From the NCBI GenBank assembly GCA_040905565.1, contig JBBDRF010000005.1, forward strand, positions 32,001 to 96,000: a stretch of DNA of 64,000 nucleotides. The letters are read 5' to 3'. The stretch is from Phycisphaeraceae bacterium (GTDB taxonomy: Bacteria; Planctomycetota; Phycisphaerae; Phycisphaerales; Zrk34). The translations under genes and the position numbers were made by a program. This document shows, in pieces, positions 57,780 to 64,000 of the stretch; within the stretch, counting starts at the first letter, position 1, and every line of letters begins with the position of its first letter. The notes under the pieces are model-generated. The model was not told the origin of the DNA. It saw nothing but the letters and a program-made list of their open reading frames with translations, and made no database searches.

Positions 57780-59471
57780 TTAACTCCGCGTCAGCTTCCG
57801 ATACTTGATGCGGTGCGGGCGGTCGGCCTCGGACCCCATCCGCCGGCGATGATCCGCTTCGTACTCCGAGTAGTTGCCCTGGAAGTAGACGACCGAACTG
57901 TCGCCCTCGAACGCGAGAATGTGCGAAGCGATCCGGTCCAAAAACCAACGATCATGGCTGATGACCACGGCACACCCAGCGAACTGCTCGAGCGCATCTT
58001 CCAGCGCACGAATGGTGTTCACATCAAGATCGTTCGTCGGCTCATCGAGCAGCAGCACGTTCGCACCGCTCTTGAGCATGCGCGCCAGCTGGACGCGGTT
58101 GCGCTCGCCGCCTGAGAGATTGCCGACCGATTTCTGCTGATCCTGACCGGTGAAACCGAACCGTGCGACGTAGGCCCGGCTGTTGAGGGTCATGTTCCCG
58201 AGCTTGAGTTCGGGCTTGCCGTCGGTGATGGCTTCCCAGATGTTGTCGGTGGTGCCGAGTGCGTCACGGGTCTGCTCAGCATGGGCGAGTTCGACGGTTT
58301 CGCCGACGCGGATGGTGCCGCTGTCGGGCTGTTCTTCGCCGGTGATCATGCGGAACAGGGTCGTCTTGCCCGCGCCATTGGGGCCGATGACGCCGACGAT
58401 GCCGCCGGGCGGCAGCTCGAAGCTCATGTCGCCCATCAGCATGCGATCGTCGTAGCCCTTGCTGACGTTCTTCGCTTCGATGACGAGGTTGCCGAGCCTT
58501 GGGCCGGGCGGGATGAAGATTTCGACCTCGCTGGCCTTGCGATTCTCGTTCTCCGCCAGCAGAGCATCGTAGGATTTGAGCCGTGCTTTGCTCTTGGCCT
58601 GGCGTGCGCGGGGCGACTGGCGTATCCATTCAAGTTCGCGCTTAAGCGCCTTCTGGCGTGTCGACTCAGCCTTCTCTTCGATGGCGAGCCGTTCGCCCTT
58701 CTGCTCCAGCCATGAACTGTAATTGCCCTTCCACGGGATGCCGCGGCCGCGGTCGAGTTCGAGGATCCATCCCGCCACGTTGTCCAGGAAATAACGATCA
58801 TGGGTGACGGCAATGATGGTGCCGTCGTACTGCTGAAGGTGCTGTTCGAGCCAGCCGACCGACTCGGCATCGAGGTGGTTAGTCGGCTCATCCAGAAGCA
58901 AAATGTCGGGCTTCTGCAACAGCAGTCGACACAGGGCAACGCGGCGTTTCTCGCCTCCCGAAAGCGGCTTAATCAGCGCGTCGGCGGGCGGGCAGCGCAG
59001 GGCGTCCATCGCCATTTCAAGCTGCGATTGCAGGTCCCACGCGTTGCGCGTCTCCAGCTGTTCCTGCACCTCGCCCTGCCGTTCGAGCAACTGCGTCATC
59101 TTGTCGTCGTCCATCGGCTCCGCGAACGCGTCGCTGATGGCTTCGAACTCCTTCACCAGGTCCAGCGTTTCCTGCACGCCCTGCTCGACAACCTGCTGCA
59201 CGGTGAGTGTGTCATCAAGCTGCGGCTCCTGCTCGAGGTAGCCGACGGTGTAGCCGGGCGTGATCTGAATCTTGCCGTCATACTGCTTGTCAACGCCGGC
59301 GAGGATTCGCAGCAAGCTGGACTTGCCCGAACCGTTCAGCCCGAGCACACCAATCTTCGCACCGTAGAAGTAGGACAGGTCGATGTTCTCCAGAACCGTC
59401 TTCTTTTCATGGCGCTTCGTGACGCCGATCATGGAGTAGATGATTTTCTGTTCGTCTTTGCTGCTGCTCAT
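57780..59471 (-). CDS. ettA: Energy-dependent translational throttle protein EttA (ABC-F)
   Basis: GAKIGVLGLNGSGKS, LSGGEKRR, GNYSSWLEQK, IPPGPRLG, RIKYRKLTR C-terminus. Confidence 0.97.
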   Translation of the reverse strand: MSSSKDEQKIIYSMIGVTKRHEKKTVLENIDLSYFYGAKIGVLGLNGSGKSSLLRILAGVDKQYDGKIQITPGYTVGYLEQEPQLDDTLTVQQVVEQGVQETLDLVKEFEAISDAFAEPMDDDKMTQLLERQGEVQEQLETRNAWDLQSQLEMAMDALRCPPADALIKPLSGGEKRRVALCRLLLQKPDILLLDEPTNHLDAESVGWLEQHLQQYDGTIIAVTHDRYFLDNVAGWILELDRGRGIPWKGNYSSWLEQKGERLAIEEKAESTRQKALKRELEWIRQSPRARQAKSKARLKSYDALLAENENRKASEVEIFIPPGPRLGNLVIEAKNVSKGYDDRMLMGDMSFELPPGGIVGVIGPNGAGKTTLFRMITGEEQPDSGTIRVGETVELAHAEQTRDALGTTDNIWEAITDGKPELKLGNMTLNSRAYVARFGFTGQDQQKSVGNLSGGERNRVQLARMLKSGANVLLLDEPTNDLDVNTIRALEDALEQFAGCAVVISHDRWFLDRIASHILAFEGDSSVVYFQGNYSEYEADHRRRMGSEADRPHRIKYRKLTRS

Positions 59472-59560
59472 AGATAGGCAAATTTCGTTGAATGCAATGA
59501 ATTGAAGGGACAAGAAGGAACGGAGGATTGTTGGTCAGCACATCCGACGCGTCAAGCGCC

Positions 59561-60091
59561 TCAGCTCGCGGGGGAGTCGGCTTGACGGCTCTGCGCGAGT
59601 GCTGCACGCCATTCGATGTAGCGGTACGGGAGGTTAAGGCGTTCGTGCAGGGCTCGCAGTTCATCGAGGAACTGCTCGTAGACGGCGTTCTGCCACGCTT
59701 GTGCCTCGGGATCGCAGAAGTAGATCCGGCAGCCGAGCGGCCGGACCGTGTGAACGCTGCAGAGTTTGTTCTGCTGGAAGGGGCAGCCCCCCGCGCCGCC
59801 GTCGCCGCCTTCGGCATCGAGCAGCATGGCGTGCGTGTCGTCGTGGAGCGTGCCGACAAGCCAGGCGACTTCGAGGCCGGTGACGTAAAGCAGATGACCA
59901 TAGCTATCGAAGTGACAACAACGGCCGCTGAGTTCGCAGACGCCGGGCTGCTCGGCGACCGCAGCATCCAACCGTTGATAGAGATCGCGCAGGGCGACAT
60001 CGACGGCGGAACTTCCGTGAACGGCCGCCAGCCACTGCTGCCAGCAGGCAGCCTGATCGTCGGTGAGCGTTTCAGGAAAGCGGTGTGGCAT
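59561..60091 (-). CDS. YkgJ-family cysteine-cluster protein
   Basis: CELSGRCCHF, CPFQ..LCSVH..RPLGCRIYFC. Confidence 0.8.
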   Translation of the reverse strand: MPHRFPETLTDDQAACWQQWLAAVHGSSAVDVALRDLYQRLDAAVAEQPGVCELSGRCCHFDSYGHLLYVTGLEVAWLVGTLHDDTHAMLLDAEGGDGGAGGCPFQQNKLCSVHTVRPLGCRIYFCDPEAQAWQNAVYEQFLDELRALHERLNLPYRYIEWRAALAQSRQADSPAS

Positions 60092-60542
60092 CGCGCAGAA
60101 TCCGAATCTTTTCGATGGGGAAAAACTCACCCTGCTCGTTATTTCCCGCGCCCATGCCGGGGCAGGTTTTCGAAGCTGCCTGCCAGTTCTTTTTGCTCCG
60201 CAGGTTCTCAGGCCAGAACGGCCAGGTGCGACACTGCTGCGGCCGAACGGGGTAGATCGAACAGCCACGCTTGCCGGTCTCTTCGTCGGTCTTGAGGAAG
60301 ATGCAGTCGTAGCCGTGCTCGCGTTTGACCTCGTTAAGCGTCCAACGGCCTTCAAGCTGGCGTGCGTACTGGGTTAGAAACTCGTGGGGCAGAATCTTCA
60401 GGTAGCCGGCCATGGCTTTGAGTTCGTCATAGTGGAACCAGACGTAGCCCGAGGGCCCGGTGCAGCAGTTGCCGCACTGGGTGCAGGTGAAGTGCATGCC
60501 GTCGCGATACCATTCGTGCTTCTCAGCGTTCGTCCGAGCCAT
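60072..60542 (-). CDS. YkgJ-family (CxxCxxCC) cysteine-cluster protein
   Basis: FTCTQCGNCC, DCIFL, CSIYPVRPQQCRTWPFW, CPGMG. Confidence 0.88.
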   Translation of the reverse strand: MARTNAEKHEWYRDGMHFTCTQCGNCCTGPSGYVWFHYDELKAMAGYLKILPHEFLTQYARQLEGRWTLNEVKREHGYDCIFLKTDEETGKRGCSIYPVRPQQCRTWPFWPENLRSKKNWQAASKTCPGMGAGNNEQGEFFPIEKIRILRDATPLS

Positions 60543-60665
60543 CACATTCTCATCAAAAAAGGCGTTGACGCCGCGGCTTCGGACCGGGCGAATGCAGATC
60601 ATAGCCGGTCTGGCGGCCGACTTGCAGTTTGACCTTTGCCGCGGGTCGGGGAAGATGCTTCACAC

Positions 60666-61310
60666 ATGGCCTGGGACGTGGTGAAGATCGTGGAAGCCGT
60701 CGCTGAATCGCTTGAACGCGAGGCTGCGGCGCGCGATGCCGAACAGGCCGTCTACGGCATTGACGTGCTGGACGAGCTCGCGCTGCATCCGCTGATCCAG
60801 CGAGGGCTGCGTGAGGCGGAGTTCGGGGTCCACCCGGAGCAGGGCTACCCTTCAGACCGGCGCGTGCGACGGCGAAAGAGTCAAGGTAAACGGTGTGACA
60901 TCGTCCTCACCGCCCACGGCGCACCGCTGCTCGACCCCGAAGCGGAGCAGACGCTGTTCGGCGATGCCGATGCCGTCCCGCTCGATGCTGCCTATTGGCT
61001 GGAAGTGAAAACCGTCAGCCAGTTCACCATCGAAGGGCCGTTCGCCCGGTACAGCGCCGAGTTGCTTCAGCCGGTGACCAAAGACATCCGCAAGCTGGCG
61101 CAGGATCGGCTGATCTTCCACGCCGGCCTGCTGCTGGTGCTATTCACGGCGGACCCCATCGTCGCCACGCACGATCTGGGCGCCTGGGAACACCGGGCCC
61201 TTCAGCGCGGCTACCCCGTCGCCCCGCCCATCGTGCGCGACTTCGCCATCACCGATCGCATGGGCAATGCTCACGTCAGCGTAGCCCTGTTCGCGGTACG
61301 CCGGCTGTAG
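60666..61310 (+). CDS. Hypothetical protein with a PD-(D/E)xK-like motif
   Basis: E..L helix, HPEQGYP, RCDIVL and WLEVK pattern, then DIRKL helix. Confidence 0.55.
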   Translation: MAWDVVKIVEAVAESLEREAAARDAEQAVYGIDVLDELALHPLIQRGLREAEFGVHPEQGYPSDRRVRRRKSQGKRCDIVLTAHGAPLLDPEAEQTLFGDADAVPLDAAYWLEVKTVSQFTIEGPFARYSAELLQPVTKDIRKLAQDRLIFHAGLLLVLFTADPIVATHDLGAWEHRALQRGYPVAPPIVRDFAITDRMGNAHVSVALFAVRRL

Positions 61311-61312
61311 CC

Positions 61313-62728
61313 TCAGGCATCCTGAAGATCGAGGGCGTGGGTCATCATGTCGTGCAGCGTGGTGTTGTCCTGCATGTATTTCAGGCGTTCGGAGCAGGGG
61401 CCGTACGTCCACGCTTCGACGTAGTCGGAGGTGTGATAATTGCCCACCCAGCCGATGTCCGTATGGTTCGCGATCAGTTGACCGAGTACGGCACTCGTCC
61501 CGTTCATGCGGCCGTACGCAGCGGCCCACTCGTCGTTGAGCCGTTCCTTCAGCGTGCGGGCCTGACTGGAGGTGAAGCGAATCTTCGTAACTTCCTCAAT
61601 GCGATCGCGGATGTCGGCGACGGTGCTGTCGCCGTTGATGCCGTCGAGCGTGGGGCTGTGGGTGCCGGTGAACTTGGTTAGCGTCTCGAAAGGACGCTCT
61701 CCCCCGTTGCCGCCGGAGTTAAGGCCGGGGTTCGCGTTGCCGTGGTCGGTGGTCAAGATGACCAGCGTATCGTCCCGGTTGCGTGCGTATTCGACTGCGG
61801 CACCGACCGCTTCATCGAAAGCGATCTGGTCGAAGATGAGCCCGCCGATGTCGTTCGCGTGAGCGGCATGGTCGACGCGACCGCCCTCCACCTGCATCAC
61901 GAACCCGTCGCCGCGGGCCGTCAGAATCTCCAGCGCCTTCGTGGTGAGCTCCGCCAGTGAAGGCACATCGGCCTTGAGGCTGTCGCTGTTCACGCGGTCG
62001 AGTTCATACGGGAGGTGCCCCCGGCCGAAGCAGCCGAACACCTGCTTCGCGCTCGCATCGATCGCATCAAGCTCCGCGCGTTTGCGTGCCACGGCATACC
62101 CGGCACTGGCGAACTTCTCAAAAAGATCCACGTCGTCAGGCCGATCGCCCGCGGTGAAATGTTCCTCCCCGCCGCCGAGCAACACATCGATCTTCCGCTC
62201 GAAATATTGCGTGGCGATCTGGTGCTGATGGCCGCGGCTGGGCACGTTCGCAGCAAAACCGGCGGGGGTCGCGTGCGTCAATTGCGTCGTCGTAACAAGG
62301 GCCGTCGCCAGCCCCGCTTCGCGTGCCTTGGTGTGGATCGGCGGACGCGCTTCGCCCTGCGGGTCGATGTTGACCGCACCGTTAAGCACGCGGTGCCCGC
62401 AGCCCCAGCTCGATGCGCCGGCCGCCGAGTCGGTCACAATCGAGTTTGCCGACGACGTATCCACAAGCCCCCGCTTGCCCACGCCCTCCTCCAGCAGCGC
62501 GATCCAGTTCGAAGGCCGATCGTCGTGCCAACGCAGATACTGGTCCGCCATGGTGAGCGTTCCCGTGCTCATGCCGTCGGCGACGAGGAAGATGACATTC
62601 TTCGCCGACCCGCGTTCACCAACCTTGCCGTTGGAGGCTTCGCCTGCATACGCCCGGCTGCTAAGCCCACCCGTCCCGGCCAACACTGAACTGGCCAACC
62701 CGGCCTGCAAAAATCGACGACGTTTCAT
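61313..62728 (-). CDS. Tat-exported PhoA-family alkaline phosphatase
   Basis: MKRRRFLQ twin-Arg signal; NVIFLVADGM, TDSAAGAS (catalytic Ser), THATPA, EGGRVDHAAH, TTDHG. Confidence 0.93.
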   Translation of the reverse strand: MKRRRFLQAGLASSVLAGTGGLSSRAYAGEASNGKVGERGSAKNVIFLVADGMSTGTLTMADQYLRWHDDRPSNWIALLEEGVGKRGLVDTSSANSIVTDSAAGASSWGCGHRVLNGAVNIDPQGEARPPIHTKAREAGLATALVTTTQLTHATPAGFAANVPSRGHQHQIATQYFERKIDVLLGGGEEHFTAGDRPDDVDLFEKFASAGYAVARKRAELDAIDASAKQVFGCFGRGHLPYELDRVNSDSLKADVPSLAELTTKALEILTARGDGFVMQVEGGRVDHAAHANDIGGLIFDQIAFDEAVGAAVEYARNRDDTLVILTTDHGNANPGLNSGGNGGERPFETLTKFTGTHSPTLDGINGDSTVADIRDRIEEVTKIRFTSSQARTLKERLNDEWAAAYGRMNGTSAVLGQLIANHTDIGWVGNYHTSDYVEAWTYGPCSERLKYMQDNTTLHDMMTHALDLQDA

Positions 62729-62829
62729 ATCCATCTCCTTCGTGTGAGTCCCCCCCAAGGTATCGGCTCCCTCCCGCAGCGGCAACGCCGACCCACACGC
62801 TCATCGAATTCACACAAAATGCCGGACGA

Positions 62830-63417
62830 TTAACCCCTTCGCGCACCATGTGCGTACTGATCGTAAACTTCGCGCAATGCGGTGCGAAGGTTACCGCGGT
62901 GTCGGCGGTGCAGGGCGATGGCATCGGTCGGCTGCGGCGGCGCGTCGGCACGCGTCAGCAACTCGTCCATCAGCGTTTGCAGCAGCACAGGGTCCGTCTG
63001 TGTGCGCAGCAGGATCGGCAGTCGCCTCCCCCAGTGAGCTGTGATGATCAGACCGCCGGCCTTGCGCGCCCGACGCTGAAACGCCCACCAGCGCCACGGC
63101 AACAGGTGGCCTGCACCATCGAACAGGATGACATCCCGGCTGGTCAGTTCATGCGTCAACGTGTGCGCCACAGCCTTGGAGAATCGGCGTCGGTCCCGCG
63201 TGATCTGTATCCATCGTGTCCGGTAGCCGTCGGCTTCCAGCCGTTCGCCCAGTTGCTGCAGTAGTGTGGTCTTGCCTGATCCTTGCGGGCCGACGATCGC
63301 AGCCCGGCGATTCAGTTGCGTCAGCCGTGCTTCCAAAGCCGTCCAGTTGGTGCCCTGCGGTCGAAACGGCAGGGCTTCGAGTTGCTGCATCCGGAATGGA
63401 TTGTCGCAGGGTCGCAT
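62830..63417 (-). CDS. Small AAA+/P-loop ATPase
   Basis: NPF N-terminal motif, Walker A GPQGSGKTT, Walker B VILFDG, GNLR C-terminal motif. Confidence 0.75.
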   Translation of the reverse strand: MRPCDNPFRMQQLEALPFRPQGTNWTALEARLTQLNRRAAIVGPQGSGKTTLLQQLGERLEADGYRTRWIQITRDRRRFSKAVAHTLTHELTSRDVILFDGAGHLLPWRWWAFQRRARKAGGLIITAHWGRRLPILLRTQTDPVLLQTLMDELLTRADAPPQPTDAIALHRRHRGNLRTALREVYDQYAHGARRG

Positions 63418-63806
63418 CACGGTGCAGACGCAGCAGCCGGATCCAATTCCGCCAGGTCGATCTCCCGCCCTTCAGGGGCAATGACCAGATCGACGCGTTT
63501 GGAATGCTTGCCGTCCACAATCAGCTCCAGCGCCCACCGCAAGGTGATGAGCGTACCAGAGAAGCTGTACGGTTCAGCAGGCAGGGTGAACTCGAACAGC
63601 TGTGCGTCCACCGCTGCGGGGGCTTCATAAGGATGGGTCAGGACGACGCGGACATCCTGGTCGCCCTTGCCTTCGGTGTACCAGCTCAGCCGAACCTCCG
63701 CGTTGGTCGGCGGCTCTTCAAGCTCCCAGCCGGCCATACCGTGAAGCATCTGCCCGGGCTGGAAGTGCGTCTGGTCCTCGTGTGTTTCCAGGCGTAGCTC
63801 AGGCAT
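63417..63806 (-). CDS. Hypothetical beta-sandwich protein (arrestin-N/Spo0M-like pattern)
   Basis: FQPGQMLHG..W..EVRLSWYTEGKG..FEFTLP..PYSFSGTLITLRWALEL. Confidence 0.6.
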   Translation of the reverse strand: MPELRLETHEDQTHFQPGQMLHGMAGWELEEPPTNAEVRLSWYTEGKGDQDVRVVLTHPYEAPAAVDAQLFEFTLPAEPYSFSGTLITLRWALELIVDGKHSKRVDLVIAPEGREIDLAELDPAAASAP

Positions 63807-63999
63807 GGGTCAGCTCCCGCGGTAGAACGGTGATTGCGAACGACTGGTTAAGGTCCGGCCAGAATGGAATCACGCCGTGCACACGCAGCACCCAGACGAC
63901 CTTGTTGTGATCGGCTTCGAAAGAATGCATCGCCCCGGCGGGCACCTCACCAATCGCACTGTCACGCAGGATGCTGATCGGGTCGGTGCGGTCGGCGAG
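63799..63999 (-). CDS. C-terminal fragment of a hypothetical protein (5' truncated by the window)
   Basis: My translation: ...EVPAGAMHSFEADHNKVVWVLRVHGVIPFWPDLNQSFAITVLPRELTHA*; the stop overlaps the next gene start by 8 nt. Confidence 0.65.
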   Translation of the reverse strand, partial: LADRTDPISILRDSAIGEVPAGAMHSFEADHNKVVWVLRVHGVIPFWPDLNQSFAITVLPRELTHA

Positions 64000-64000
64000 G

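Overview
GC-rich, gene-dense bacterial chromosomal window with about 55 CDS. No rRNA, tRNA, CRISPR array, transposase or prophage genes were seen. The gene content suggests Planctomycetota, probably Phycisphaerae; this is an inference from the bacterial topoisomerase VI, the OmcB/DUF11 lipoprotein, the crtM-less C30 carotenoid cluster and the Tat-exported Hyi-family protein. Left to right: a FecA-like TonB-dependent receptor with a complete Vibrio TonB2-type energising cluster; an ATP-grasp ligase and CocE/NonD hydrolase pair; two tandem dynamin-like GTPases; an HDOD-GGDEF cyclase; housekeeping genes (accA, tyrA, proC); a general-stress-like patch with a secreted Gln-rich PRC-barrel protein; nrdR with tandem NrdR boxes; rrf2-sufBCDSE-sufT; cdaA-cdaR-proA; top6B-top6A; a C30 carotenoid operon (crtN-aldH-crtP-acyltransferase-crtQ) next to a CarH/LitR-like regulator; ettA; a Tat alkaline phosphatase; and an uncharacterised three-gene ATPase module at the right edge. 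The best candidates for undescribed biology are (1) the CarH-like regulator, whose cobalamin-ligating His is replaced by Tyr, (2) the paired membrane-anchored GTPases with DxPD G3 motifs, (3) the exported prion-like Gln/Tyr-rich PRC-barrel protein, and (4) topo VI subunits carrying oppositely charged tails. All calls come from reading motifs by eye; no database searches were run.
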